DNA of 64,000 bases from Alphaproteobacteria bacterium (GCA_965237415.1 CBDEFM010000002.1:672001-736000); one strand, 5' to 3'. Counted from the first letter of the stretch, positions 1 through 10,415 are shown. Program-made: numbers and translations. The notes: generated by a model not told the origin, from the sequence alone.

Positions 1-1046
1 CCGACGATCGCCCGGTGCGAGAAGTCGCCGTCGCTGCCGAAGGGCAGCGCCCGCAGCAGGAAGTAGCGTACGGCGTCGATCCCGTAGCGGGCGACGATGT
101 GGTGCGGGTCGATGGCGTTGCCGAGGGATTTCGACATCTTCTCGCCCTCGATCGTCCACCAGCCGTGGGCGAAGACCCGTGTCGGCGGCTCGACGCCTGC
201 CGCCATCAGGAAGGCGGGCCAGTAGACGGTGTGAAAGCGCAGAATGTCCTTCCCCACCATGTGGAGATCGGCCGGCCAGTACGTGCGGTAGAGATCGCTC
301 TGCGTATCGGGGAACCCGGCGCCGCTGATGTAGTTGGTCAGCGCGTCCAGCCACACGTACATCGTGTGGTCGGGATCGCCGGGTACGGGAATGCCCCATT
401 TCAGGCTCGCGCGCGATACGGAGAGGTCGTTCAGCCCGCCGGAGACGAAGCTGATGACCTCGTTGCGCCGGCTCTCCGGCGCGACCGCGTGCGGGTTGTT
501 CTCGTAGAATTCGAGCAGCGGCTCCTGCCAGGCCGAGAGGCGGAAGAAGTAGCTGGGCTCCTCCATCCATTCGACCGGCGAGCCGCCCGCCACCGTCACC
601 TTGCCGCCGTCGGGGCCGGTCGTGACCTCCGATTCGGTGTAGAACGCCTCCTCCCTGACCGAGTACCAGCCCGAATAGTTGCTGAGGTAGATGTGACCGT
701 TGGCCACGATTCGGCGCCACAGCTCCTGGCATGAGCGCGTGTGACGATCCTCTGTGGTACGGATGAAGTCGTCGTTGCTCAAGCCCATGACCTCGCCAAG
801 GTCGCGAAACCGCTGCGAGACCTGGTCGACGAAGTCCTGCGGCTCCATGCCGGCGGCGACGGCGGATTTCTGGACCTTCTGGCCGTGCTCGTCGGTCCCG
901 GTAAGGAACAGCACGTCGCGGCCGTCGAGCCGCATGAAGCGGGCCAGCACGTCGCAGGCAAGCGACGTGTAGGCGTGCCCGATATGGGGCGAATCGTTCA
1001 CATAGTAGATCGGTGTGCTCAGGTAGTAGGCCGCTCGGGGCGCCAT
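1..1046 (-). CDS. metG: Methionine--tRNA ligase, 5' part (runs off the left edge of the window)
   Basis: Not in the ORF track. Manual translation from the ATG at 1046 gives MAPRAAYYLSTPIYYVNDSPHIGHAYT (HIGH motif). KMSKS is encoded near 125-140 on the minus strand. Follows holB, as is typical in Alphaproteobacteria. Confidence 0.95.
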   Translation of the reverse strand, partial: MAPRAAYYLSTPIYYVNDSPHIGHAYTSLACDVLARFMRLDGRDVLFLTGTDEHGQKVQKSAVAAGMEPQDFVDQVSQRFRDLGEVMGLSNDDFIRTTEDRHTRSCQELWRRIVANGHIYLSNYSGWYSVREEAFYTESEVTTGPDGGKVTVAGGSPVEWMEEPSYFFRLSAWQEPLLEFYENNPHAVAPESRRNEVISFVSGGLNDLSVSRASLKWGIPVPGDPDHTMYVWLDALTNYISGAGFPDTQSDLYRTYWPADLHMVGKDILRFHTVYWPAFLMAAGVEPPTRVFAHGWWTIEGEKMSKSLGNAIDPHHIVARYGIDAVRYFLLRALPFGSDGDFSHRAIV

Positions 1047-1071
1047 GGGCTCTCGCCTCCGGTCCTGCCGC

Positions 1072-2151
1072 TCAGGCCCGCGCGGCCTCCTGCAGCGCCG
1101 AGAACGCGCCGATCAGGACCTGCCGGGGGTCGAGGTTGAGCCCGTCCGCGTCGGCGAACGAACGGCCGAGGTTTTCCCACACGCCGACCCAGCGATCAAG
1201 CGCCGCACCCTCCAGGAGGGCGGCGCTCGCCCTTTCGCCCGGCACGACCTCCTCCATCGTGTGGAGCTCGCTCCGGGCCGCGGCCCGGATCGAGCGGCCG
1301 AGCCACCAGAGGATCAGCTCCGCGAGCGTGCGCATCCGATCCACGCCGTCCCGGCCCGAGAGCCCGTCGGCCAGCTCGTGAAGCGGCCGCGTGTCGAGCG
1401 CTGGCAGCGTGCCGACGAGCCCGATAAGGCGCCGGTAGAGGGCGACTCCGCCCTGCTCGGCCAGCGCCGCCGCGCGGCCGGGGCTGCCTTCGGCAAGCAG
1501 CCCCAGCATGCGCCGCTCGGCCGCCGGCAGAGTGGGCATGGCCTCTGCGAGCAGCCCATCGAGCGCCGGCGCAGGCAACGGCGAGAGCGCAAGCACGCGA
1601 CAGCGCGAGCGAAGCGTCGCCGGCACGCGGCTTGGCGCATGGCTGACGAGGAGGAAGAGCACGCGGCTCGGTGGCTCCTCCAGGCGTTTGAGCAGGGCGT
1701 TGGCGGCGTTCCGGTTCATCTCCTCCGCCGCATCGACGACCACCACCCGCCAGCCGCCCTCGCCCGCCGTGAGCGAGAGGAAGGCATTGGCGACCCGCAC
1801 ATCGTCCACCACGATCTCGGCGCGGAGCCGCCCCCGGTCGCCGAGACCCCGTTCGACCACCGCGAGATCGCTGTGTCCGCCGGCCGCGATCCGTCGGAAG
1901 ACCGGATGGTCCGGTGGCATCGCCAATCCGTCGCCGCCGCCCCCTTCTCCACCGGCGAGCACGAAACGCGCGAATCGGTAGGCCAATGTCGCCTTACCGA
2001 TGCCGCGGGGACCCGCGATCAGCCAGGCGTGGGCGAGCCTGCCGCTCTGCCATGCCTCCATGAAGGTGCTGGCAGCGCTCTGGTGCCCGACGAGATGCGG
2101 GTTCTCGCGCGGTGCTAGCCAGGCAAAGGCCGAATCGGCGCCCTCACCCAT
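1072..2151 (-). CDS. holB: DNA polymerase III subunit delta'
   Basis: GRLAHAWLIAGPRGIGKATLA, NAANALLKRLEEPP and TLRSRC clamp-loader motifs. Start placed at the ATG at 2151, overlapping the tmk stop. Confidence 0.93.
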   Translation of the reverse strand: MGEGADSAFAWLAPRENPHLVGHQSAASTFMEAWQSGRLAHAWLIAGPRGIGKATLAYRFARFVLAGGEGGGGDGLAMPPDHPVFRRIAAGGHSDLAVVERGLGDRGRLRAEIVVDDVRVANAFLSLTAGEGGWRVVVVDAAEEMNRNAANALLKRLEEPPSRVLFLLVSHAPSRVPATLRSRCRVLALSPLPAPALDGLLAEAMPTLPAAERRMLGLLAEGSPGRAAALAEQGGVALYRRLIGLVGTLPALDTRPLHELADGLSGRDGVDRMRTLAELILWWLGRSIRAAARSELHTMEEVVPGERASAALLEGAALDRWVGVWENLGRSFADADGLNLDPRQVLIGAFSALQEAARA

Positions 2152-2782
2152 CGAACGAGACCGGGAGACGGGCCGCCACAATCTCCAGGATCGCGCGGCC
2201 GACCGTTTCGGGATCCGCTGTCGCATCCACCACCGCGAAGCGCGCCGGCTCGGCCCGGGCGCGGGCGATGAAGCCCTCTCGAACCCGCTCGTGAAAGTCC
2301 GTGCCCATGCGCTCGTAGCGGTTCGATCCCGCGCGCGCGCCGGCCCGCCTGAGCCCTTCCGCCACCGGGACATCCAGCACCACCGTGAGGTCCGGCTGGA
2401 AGCCCCCGAGAGACAGCGCGCTGAGACGTTCCAGGACGGCGAGATCGGCGCCCTGGCCGTAGCCCTGGTAAACGATCATCGAATCGACGAAGCGGTCCGA
2501 GATCATCCAGAGACCACGCTCCAGCGCCGGCTCGATCGTGTGCAGCAAGTGGTCGCGCCGTGCGGCCGCATGGAGCATGGCCTCAGCCAGCGGCTCCCAG
2601 CGTTCCACGGGGCCCGAGACGAGAAGCCGTCGTATCTCTTCGGCGCCGGGCGAGCCGCCGGGTTCGCGCGTTGCGAGGGTCTCGACACCACGCGCTTCGA
2701 GGGCGTTACGAAGGCGCGCGGTTTGCTCCGTCTTGCCGGCGCCTTCGCCGCCCTCCAGCGTGATGAAGCGTCCGCGCGTCAT
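2144..2782 (-). CDS. tmk: Thymidylate kinase
   Basis: FITLEGGEGAGKT P-loop, TREPGG, SDRFVDSMIVYQG. Start trimmed to MTRGRF. Confidence 0.95.
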   Translation of the reverse strand: MTRGRFITLEGGEGAGKTEQTARLRNALEARGVETLATREPGGSPGAEEIRRLLVSGPVERWEPLAEAMLHAAARRDHLLHTIEPALERGLWMISDRFVDSMIVYQGYGQGADLAVLERLSALSLGGFQPDLTVVLDVPVAEGLRRAGARAGSNRYERMGTDFHERVREGFIARARAEPARFAVVDATADPETVGRAILEIVAARLPVSFDG

Positions 2783-2799
2783 GCGGCGGTGCAGTAACT

Positions 2800-3987
2800 C
2801 TAGCCGCCCCGGCCCCAGATCAGCGCGTCGATTGCGGCCCCAATTCGTCCGAAGCCGGAGAGACTGTCCACCGACGCGCCGGCTACCAGCGGCCATTGGC
2901 GCGTCTCTACCTTCGGCGCGCTGACCACCAGGGTGGCCACCCGGTCCCCCTTTTCGACTGGCGCCGCGATCGGGCCGTCGGCCAGGATTTTCACCACCAT
3001 CTCCTTGCGGGACTTGCGTGGCATCATCAGCACGACGTCGCTTTCTACGACGAGGGGCAGCGCATCGGCCTCGCCGAGCCAGACGTCGAACTGGTCGACC
3101 ACCTGGCCCGCGCGGAACAGGACGTATGTCTTGAACGAACGAAAACCGTAGTTGAGCAGGCGTTCCGATTCCCGCGCCCGGACGTCGACGCCTTTGATCC
3201 CGTTCACGACCAGCACCAGGCGCTGCTCCCCGCGTTTCGCCGATGCTGCGAGGCCGTGTCCCGAGGCCTCTGTGTAGCCGGTCTTGAGGCCATCTGCCCC
3301 GTCAAAGCGGTAGAGCAGCGGGTTGCGGTTGCCCTGCTTGATGCCGTTGTAGGTGTAGCTCTTCTCAGCAAACAGCGGGTAGTACTCAGGGAAGTCCACA
3401 ATGATACGCCGTGACAGCTCGGCCATGTCGCGAGCCGTGGTGATGTGGTCGGGATCGGGCCAGCCGGTGGAGTTGACGAAGTGACTGTCGTCGAGGCCGA
3501 GCTCGGCGCCCGTCTCGTTCATCAGGTCGGCGAAAGCGGCTTCCGACCCGGCCAGGCCTTCGGCTATCACGATGCTGGCGTCGTTGCCGGACTGCACCGC
3601 GATGCCGCGCAGCAACTCGCCTACGGTTACCTTCGAATTGACCTCAACAAACATGCGTGACCCTTTCATTCGCCACGCTTTTTTGCTCACCACAAAGGTG
3701 TCCTCCATAGAGAGCCGACCGTCTGCCAGGTGCTCGTAGGCGACATAGAGCGTCATGATCTTGCTCATGGACGCCGGGTACATGGGCTCGTCGGCATTCT
3801 TCTCGGCGAGGACCATTCCGGTCCCTGCATCCATCAGGATGAAATGCTGCGCTTCGGTATCGACCGCAACGGCCGGCCGGGGCAGCGACGCGGCGATGAC
3901 GGCGGCACCCACGCATAGGCACAGGGCACAGGCGAAAGCGGCAAGCCCGACACGTCGGCTGATTGTTGGGACTCCTGGATCGGCCAT
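2800..3987 (-). CDS. dacA: D-alanyl-D-alanine carboxypeptidase (PBP5/6, peptidase S11)
   Basis: PASMSK (SxxK), SGNDA (SxN), GLKTGYT (KTG) and a signal-like N-terminus. Start codon uncertain. Confidence 0.9.
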   Translation of the reverse strand: MADPGVPTISRRVGLAAFACALCLCVGAAVIAASLPRPAVAVDTEAQHFILMDAGTGMVLAEKNADEPMYPASMSKIMTLYVAYEHLADGRLSMEDTFVVSKKAWRMKGSRMFVEVNSKVTVGELLRGIAVQSGNDASIVIAEGLAGSEAAFADLMNETGAELGLDDSHFVNSTGWPDPDHITTARDMAELSRRIIVDFPEYYPLFAEKSYTYNGIKQGNRNPLLYRFDGADGLKTGYTEASGHGLAASAKRGEQRLVLVVNGIKGVDVRARESERLLNYGFRSFKTYVLFRAGQVVDQFDVWLGEADALPLVVESDVVLMMPRKSRKEMVVKILADGPIAAPVEKGDRVATLVVSAPKVETRQWPLVAGASVDSLSGFGRIGAAIDALIWGRGG

Positions 3988-4072
3988 CTCGTTCCGGCTC
4001 CTCCTCATCGCATCGGTGTCTTCGGCAAGATGTACACCGTCGCCGGGGGGCGGGCCAAGCGTCAGGGCGTCT

Positions 4073-5023
4073 TCAGCGGTACCCCGCCGCGATGATCTGC
4101 GACTCCGTGAGCCCGGCGCGATTGAGCTGGGCGAGAATGGTGGCCGCCTCGTCGTTCGAGTCGACCGGGCCGATGCGGACCGCATAGACCATACGCCCGC
4201 CGCGCCGTTCCGCCTCGACCGCGACAGAGCCAAGCGTGCGCACTATGGCGCCCAGACGGTCGGCGTCGTCGCGCCCCTCGAGGACCGCAGCTTCGACCAG
4301 GAGCCCGGGCGACCGACTGCCGCCGCTCGTACCTCTGGCCTCCACCCGAGTCGGGCGTGCGGCGGCGGTGCGTACCGGCTTGACTGGTGGCAACACCACC
4401 GTAGCGGTTGATGGCTCCGGCTGGCGAGGCTTGACGGCGACGGCAGACGCCCCGTCGGCGAAGGCGATCTTGGGCGAATCGGCGGGCCACGGCACGTCAG
4501 GCTGGACGTGGTCCAGGCCGAGATACTCGACCCTGACCTCGGCCAGGCCCTTGCGATAGAAGCCGAGCAGCTGTGCGGCACGGCGAGAGACATCGATGAG
4601 CCGCCCGTCGATGAAGGGCCCCCGGTCGTTCACGCGCATAACCACCTGCCGCCCGTTCTCGAGGTTGGTCACGCGCACGCGGCTCGGCAGCGGCAGTGTC
4701 GGATGGGCGGCCGTCACCTCGTTCATGTCGTAGCGCTCGCCGTTCGCCGTCGGCTGGCCGTGGAACGGGTGACCGTACCAGGAGGCGACGCCGGTCCGGT
4801 CGTAGTTGGAATCGTAGCTCGGAAAATACCAGACGTGCTCGATCAGGTAGGGCGTACCGAGCTTGTAACCGTCATCCTCCGCCGCTGCGGGCAGCGGCTG
4901 CGTCTCCTGCGTCTCAAGGCTTAACTTTTTGACGACATGGAGGGCGAGCTTCACCTCGCTGCAGCCGGCCAGCGCGAGCAAGCCGAGCGCAATCGAGGCG
5001 AAGAAGAGCGGTTTCCGCGTCAT
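4073..5023 (-). CDS. rlpA: Septal ring lytic transglycosylase RlpA family lipoprotein with C-terminal SPOR domain
   Basis: Lipobox LAGC, GVASWYG, TAAHPTLPLPS, RVNDRGPF, IDVS, and a C-terminal YAVRIGP SPOR-like segment. Confidence 0.92.
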   Translation of the reverse strand: MTRKPLFFASIALGLLALAGCSEVKLALHVVKKLSLETQETQPLPAAAEDDGYKLGTPYLIEHVWYFPSYDSNYDRTGVASWYGHPFHGQPTANGERYDMNEVTAAHPTLPLPSRVRVTNLENGRQVVMRVNDRGPFIDGRLIDVSRRAAQLLGFYRKGLAEVRVEYLGLDHVQPDVPWPADSPKIAFADGASAVAVKPRQPEPSTATVVLPPVKPVRTAAARPTRVEARGTSGGSRSPGLLVEAAVLEGRDDADRLGAIVRTLGSVAVEAERRGGRMVYAVRIGPVDSNDEAATILAQLNRAGLTESQIIAAGYR

Positions 5024-5042
5024 CGGCTGGATCGGCCGGTCG

Positions 5043-6053
5043 TCACCGCCTTCCGATTCCGTCGGCAAGCAGACCGACAGATGTTGCGAAATAGAACGAC
5101 CGGTTCCACCGCATGATCGTCCGGTAGTTGTTGTAGACGAGGTAAGCAGGCCCCTCTTCCCCGCCGGGCAGGACCACCGAGCCGCTAATCGCGGCTTGCG
5201 GCAGGTCACCGCCTTCGTCGCGCCGAAGACCCAGGGCCTGCCATTCGGCGAGGGTCTTCGTCACCTCCAAACCGAAGAGTGCGTGATCGAAGCCGGCTGG
5301 CAGCGCCACACGTCGGCCCCAGGTCTCGCCGGCACGCCATCCGGCCTGGGCGAGATAGTTGGCCGCAGAGGCGAAGACATCGGTCTGTGTGCCCCAAATG
5401 TCGCGCCTGCCGTCGCCGTCATAGTCCACGGCGTAGTTCACAAAGCTCGAAGGCATGAACTGGCTCTGCCCCATGGCGCCGGCCCAGCTTCCCACCATCG
5501 CCTCAGGCGTGATGTGGCCGTCCTCCAGGATGCGAAGCGCGTGCAGCAGCTCCTGACGGAAATAGGCGCTGCGTCTGCCGTCATGGGCGAGTGTCGCGAG
5601 CGCGCCGATCACCGAGAACCCGCCGAGATATTGGCCGAAGTTCGTCTCGATGCCCCAGAGCGCGACGATGAAGCGGGGCGGCACACCGTACTTGCGCCCG
5701 ATCGGCTCGAGTATGTCGCGGTGTGCGGCGAGCAGCTCCCGACCCTTCGCCACGCGCGATTCGGGCACCACGCGCTCCACATACTGGGCGAAGGTCAGGG
5801 TGATTTCAGGCTGGGAACGGTCCAGTTCAATGATGCGCGGAATCGGCTCGACGTCTGCAAAAGCCGCGTCGAACGTCGCGGCGCTAATCCCGAGGCCGAG
5901 GGCCTCGCTGCGCACGCCTTCGCGCCATTCTGCGAATGTTTCGGCGGCGTCTTCTTGCGCCAATGCACTGCCCGCCATCAGCGCGCCGGCAAGCGCTAAT
6001 ATTGCTGCCATGCGCGCGGATCTTAACCCGATTTGCGATTCGCGCCGTTTCAT
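5043..6053 (-). CDS. Lytic murein transglycosylase (MltB/SLT_2 family)
   Basis: ALWGIETNFG, GSWAGAMGQSQFMPS, VDYDGDGRRDIW, SAANYL. Confidence 0.9.
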   Translation of the reverse strand: MKRRESQIGLRSARMAAILALAGALMAGSALAQEDAAETFAEWREGVRSEALGLGISAATFDAAFADVEPIPRIIELDRSQPEITLTFAQYVERVVPESRVAKGRELLAAHRDILEPIGRKYGVPPRFIVALWGIETNFGQYLGGFSVIGALATLAHDGRRSAYFRQELLHALRILEDGHITPEAMVGSWAGAMGQSQFMPSSFVNYAVDYDGDGRRDIWGTQTDVFASAANYLAQAGWRAGETWGRRVALPAGFDHALFGLEVTKTLAEWQALGLRRDEGGDLPQAAISGSVVLPGGEEGPAYLVYNNYRTIMRWNRSFYFATSVGLLADGIGRR

Positions 6054-6161
6054 GGGGGGCCCCTATGACACGCTTAGTATCAGCGCGCCACCCCCCCAAT
6101 TGTCGCGACGCTATTCAGATAGTCGTGATCGGGTTTCGACCCGGCCACGCCGAGAGGCGTC

Positions 6162-7127
6162 TTATTCCAGGGCTTTGGGATTGATTACAAAGGAAGAATC
6201 GAGCCGGCCGTCGAGCGCATCGAGCACGTTCTGCGCACATCGTGTTGCCATGCGGATAAATGCACCGCGGGACGAACCCCCCATATGCGGCATGAGTACG
6301 GTGGCCGGATGATGCAATAACGGATCGTCGAGTCGCGGCGGTTCTTCATCGAAAACGTCGAGGCCCGCGCCGGCCAGATGCCCCGATTCGAGCGCCTCAT
6401 GGAGGGCCGTGCCGTCGACGATGGGCCCCCTGGCAGCGTTGACGAGGATCGCACCCGGTTTCATCAATCCGAGTGCTGTCCGGTCGATCAAATGGCGCGT
6501 TTCGTCGTTCAGCGGCACGTGCACGCTGACATAGTCCGCCCTCGGCAACGCCTCGGCGAGACTCGCGACGGGCGTGCAGCCGGCATCGACGATGACCTGT
6601 TGCGGAATGTAAGGGTCGCAGCATTCGACCGTCATCTCGAAGGCACGGCAGCGCGCCGCGACTCGCCGCCCGATGCGCCCGAAGCCGATAATCAGCACGG
6701 TGCGCCCGTAGAGTTCGAGATGATCGGCGGCTTCGCGCACGAGAAAGTCGCCGCGTCGCACCGATTCGTCGTAGTGGCGGCTCTTCTTTGCCGCCGCAAG
6801 CATGAAGAAGAGAGTGAGCTCGGCGACCGTGACGGCGTTGGCATCGCCGACCGTAGCGACGGGGATCTTCAACGCAGTCGCCCTTTCAAGGTCGATATTG
6901 TCGCAGCCGACGCCGTGCCGCGCGATCACCTTGAGCCGGGTCGATGCCGCGAGAGCCTCGGCGCCGAGCGGCAGATAGCGCAAGATGAGGCCGTCGGCGT
7001 CCGCAATCTCGCGGCGCAGGCTCTCCTCGTCATCCCGCGCCACCGCGCAGATGTCCAGGTCGGTGCGGCGTGCAAGAAGATCGAGTCCCGCCTCGTCGAT
7101 CGCATCGTGTATGATTACCTTCGGCAT
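6162..7127 (-). CDS. D-isomer-specific 2-hydroxyacid dehydrogenase (SerA-like, no ACT domain)
   Basis: RHGVGCDNID, GFGRIG Rossmann motif, NAARG, LDVFDEEP, PHMGG. Confidence 0.85.
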   Translation of the reverse strand: MPKVIIHDAIDEAGLDLLARRTDLDICAVARDDEESLRREIADADGLILRYLPLGAEALAASTRLKVIARHGVGCDNIDLERATALKIPVATVGDANAVTVAELTLFFMLAAAKKSRHYDESVRRGDFLVREAADHLELYGRTVLIIGFGRIGRRVAARCRAFEMTVECCDPYIPQQVIVDAGCTPVASLAEALPRADYVSVHVPLNDETRHLIDRTALGLMKPGAILVNAARGPIVDGTALHEALESGHLAGAGLDVFDEEPPRLDDPLLHHPATVLMPHMGGSSRGAFIRMATRCAQNVLDALDGRLDSSFVINPKALE

Positions 7128-7207
7128 GGTGGTCCCGCTGCTCGCGATCGAACGCGGCGGCCGGCGGAGCTTGCCGTCACCAACCGAACGGTACGAGGTC
7201 CCGAGCG

Positions 7208-8611
7208 ATGGCGCTTAACTCCCCCGAGGCGCGCGATCTCGCGCATCATCTTCATTCCTTCACCCATCTTCCCAGCCTGGAGCGGGATGGTCCGCTCGTG
7301 CTGGAGCGAGGCGAAGGTATCTATGTCCACGATATCCATGGCAAGCGCTATCTCGAAAGCGTGTCCGGCCTGTGGAACATCGTCGCAGGCTTCAGCGAGC
7401 CTCGGCTGGTGCGGGCAGCCCATGAGGCGATGCAGCAGATGCCGGCCTATCACACCTTCTTCGGGCGCACCGCCCTACCCCCGATCGCGCTCGCCGAAAA
7501 GCTGGTCGAAATCGCGCCGATGGAGGTGTCGCGGGTCTATTTCGTCAATTCGGGGTCGGAGGCCAACGACAGCACGATCAAGATGCTGTGGATGATGGCG
7601 AGAGGCGCCGGCGAGCCTGAGCGGCGCAAGCTCATCTCGCGCCACATGGCCTATCACGGCACGACCGTCGCCTCGTGCAGCCTCAACGGCAAGCCCTATA
7701 TCGGCGCCTTCGGGCTGCCAATGCCGGAGGTGCGCTTTGTCGAGGCGCCTCACTACTGGCGCAACGCCCATCCCGGCGAGAGCGAGGAGGCCTACGCCAA
7801 CCGCCTCGCGGGCGAGCTGGAGCGGCTGATCGAGGCCGAAGGCGCCGAGACATTCGCCGGTTTCTTCGCCGAGCCTGTAATGGGCGCCGGCGGTGCGGTG
7901 CCGCCGCCAGCCGGTTACTTCCCGAAGATTCAGGCGGTGCTCAACCGCCACGGGATCCCCATGGTCGCCGACGAGGTGGTCACCGGTCTCGGCCGCACCG
8001 GGAACCTGTGGGGCGCCGAGACCTATGACTTCACGCCCGACATCGTGGTGACATCGAAGGCGCTCACTTCCGGCTACCAAGCGATGGCGGCGGTGCTGCT
8101 TTCGCCGGAGATGGATCGGAGGCTGCACCGGGCGGCGGAGGAATTCGACGAGTTTCCCCACGGCTTCACGACCGGCGGCAGTCCGGTCGCGGCAGCGGTC
8201 GCACTGGAAACCATCGCGCTGATAACCGAGCCCGGTGGCCTGCTCGACAACGTCAGGGCAGTGGCGCCCACCCTTGAATCGGCGCTGCAGGACTTCGAGG
8301 ACCACCCCCTCGTCGGCGAGGTGCGGCACGTGGGCCTCCTTGGCGCGCTCGAAATCGTGGCAGACAGGGCCGGCAAGCAACCCTTCGCGCCGGAGCATGA
8401 GATCGGCGAGCGTATCGTGCAGGCGGCCTCCGCGCGCGGGCTCATCACGAGGCCGATCGGCGATGCCGTCATCGTCGCCCCGCCCTTCATGATCACCCGC
8501 GAGCAAATCGGCGAGCTGATGGCGACCCTCCGGGAAGTGCTGGACGAGATTGCCGACACCGCCGCACGCGAGGGCATGGGTCCGGTCCCCCTCGCCGCTT
8601 CGGCGGAGTAG
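7208..8611 (+). CDS. Class III PLP aminotransferase (omega-transaminase type)
   Basis: SGLWNIVAGF, NSGSEAND, YHG, AEPVMGAGG, ADEVVTGLGRTG, SKALT (PLP lysine), FPHGFT. Confidence 0.9.
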   Translation: MALNSPEARDLAHHLHSFTHLPSLERDGPLVLERGEGIYVHDIHGKRYLESVSGLWNIVAGFSEPRLVRAAHEAMQQMPAYHTFFGRTALPPIALAEKLVEIAPMEVSRVYFVNSGSEANDSTIKMLWMMARGAGEPERRKLISRHMAYHGTTVASCSLNGKPYIGAFGLPMPEVRFVEAPHYWRNAHPGESEEAYANRLAGELERLIEAEGAETFAGFFAEPVMGAGGAVPPPAGYFPKIQAVLNRHGIPMVADEVVTGLGRTGNLWGAETYDFTPDIVVTSKALTSGYQAMAAVLLSPEMDRRLHRAAEEFDEFPHGFTTGGSPVAAAVALETIALITEPGGLLDNVRAVAPTLESALQDFEDHPLVGEVRHVGLLGALEIVADRAGKQPFAPEHEIGERIVQAASARGLITRPIGDAVIVAPPFMITREQIGELMATLREVLDEIADTAAREGMGPVPLAASAE

Positions 8612-8777
8612 GGATCCGGCGCCGGCGGAGCGACCGTCGGGTGCCGCCGAGAGCCTTTCGAGTAGAAGATAAAGATAGGGTAATAACTATCTGATAATAA
8701 TCCAATAATACCGCGCATCGGGGGCAGCGTGGAGTGACTCATCCTGCGTCCCCCGGCGCCTCATCGGCATCCTAAAC

Positions 8778-10415
8778 TCAGAGCGCACGGGCACGCTCGC
8801 GCAGTTCGAACTTCTTGATCTTGCCTGTCGCCGTCTTCGGCAAGTCGCCGAAGACGACCGTGCGTGGCGCCTTGAATCGGGCCAGCCGCTCACGGCAATG
8901 GTCGATCAGCGCCGCCTCCGAGACCGCCTGCGCGTCAGGCTTCAGCGCGACGAAGGCGCAGGGCGATTCCCCCCACCTCTCATCGGGGCGCGCAACGACC
9001 GCCGCTTCGAGCACGGCCTCGTGGCCGTAGAGCGCGTTCTCGACCTCGATGCTCGAAATATTCTCGCCGCCGGAGATGATGATGTCCTTGGCGCGGTCGG
9101 TGATCTGGATGTAGCCGTCGGGGTGCGTCACGGCGAGGTCGCCGCTGTGGAACCAGCCGCCCCTGAAGGCGTCGTCCGTGGCGCGGGCGTCGTCGAGATA
9201 ACCCTTCATCACCGTGTTCCCGCGCAGCATGATCTCGCCCACCGTGGCGCCATCGGCCGGCACCGGCGCCAGCGTCTCCGAATCCGCCACCATTGCGCCC
9301 CGGATCGCGTGATGGCGCACGCCCTGGCGCGCCATCAGCGCAGCGCGGTCGTCGAGCGGGAGGTCCTGCCAGTCCTCCTGCGGTGCCGCCACCAAGGCCG
9401 GCCCGTAAACCTCCGTCAGGCCGTAAAGATGGGTAACGTTGAAGCCCATGGCCTCCATGGCCGCAATCACCGGCGCTGGAGGCGCCGCGCCCCCGGTGAC
9501 CACCTCGACCACATGATCGAAGCGCCGCTTATCGCTCTCGGGCGCGTTGATTAGCATGCCAAGCACAATCGGTGCGCCTGCGATGTGCGTCACCCTCTCC
9601 TCGTCGATCAGGCGAAAGACCTCCGCCGGCTCCAGCTTGCGCAGGCATACATGGGTGCCGGCCGCAGCAGTCACGGCCCAGGTGTGGGTCCAGCCGTTGC
9701 AGTGGAACATCGGAAGTGTCCAGAGATAGATCGACTCGCGGTTGAACCCGTTCATGAGCACGTTGCTGAGCGCGTTCAGGTAGGCGCCGCGGTGGTGATA
9801 CACGACCCCCTTCGGCCGGCCCGTCGTGCCTGATGTGTAGTTGAGCGAGATCGCCTGCCACTCGTCATCGGGCCAGGGCCACTCGAAATCCGACGCGCCG
9901 GCGGCGAGCAGCGCCTCGTAGCTCTCGTCGCCGAAGCCCCTCCCCTCCCCGTCGGCCTCCGCAGGATCGTCGATCGTCACCACGTGCGGCCGGCAGTCGA
10001 GCTGCGCCAACGCCTCCTCCACGACGCTCGCGAACGCGGAGTCGGCGATGAGGACGCGGGAGCGCGCGTGGTTCAGCATCCAGGCGATGGAGGCAGAGTC
10101 GAGGCGGATATTGAGCGCGTTGAGCACGGCGCCCGCCATCGGCACGCCGAAATGGGCTTCCAGCATGGCCGGCACGTTGGGTGCCATGACCGAGACCGTG
10201 TCGCCGAGGCCGACACCGCGCTCGAGGAGCGCGCTGGCCAGCCGGCGGCAACGATCGTAGGTCTCCGCGTAGCTTCGCCGCAGCGCGCCGTGCACCACGG
10301 CCGTCCGCGCCGGATAGATCTCGGCCGCCCGGGCCATGAAATCGCACGGTGTCAGCGCGGTATGGTTGGCTGGGCCCCGTTCGAGCCCGTTCTCGTAGCG
10401 GTTGCTGTCCGGCAC
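8778..10415 (-). CDS. Acyl-CoA synthetase (AMP-binding family)
   Basis: YTSGTTGRPKG, LPMFHCNGW, YGLTE, FHSGDL, DRAKDIIISGGENIS, PKTATGK. Confidence 0.9.
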   Translation of the reverse strand: MPDSNRYENGLERGPANHTALTPCDFMARAAEIYPARTAVVHGALRRSYAETYDRCRRLASALLERGVGLGDTVSVMAPNVPAMLEAHFGVPMAGAVLNALNIRLDSASIAWMLNHARSRVLIADSAFASVVEEALAQLDCRPHVVTIDDPAEADGEGRGFGDESYEALLAAGASDFEWPWPDDEWQAISLNYTSGTTGRPKGVVYHHRGAYLNALSNVLMNGFNRESIYLWTLPMFHCNGWTHTWAVTAAAGTHVCLRKLEPAEVFRLIDEERVTHIAGAPIVLGMLINAPESDKRRFDHVVEVVTGGAAPPAPVIAAMEAMGFNVTHLYGLTEVYGPALVAAPQEDWQDLPLDDRAALMARQGVRHHAIRGAMVADSETLAPVPADGATVGEIMLRGNTVMKGYLDDARATDDAFRGGWFHSGDLAVTHPDGYIQITDRAKDIIISGGENISSIEVENALYGHEAVLEAAVVARPDERWGESPCAFVALKPDAQAVSEAALIDHCRERLARFKAPRTVVFGDLPKTATGKIKKFELRERARAL

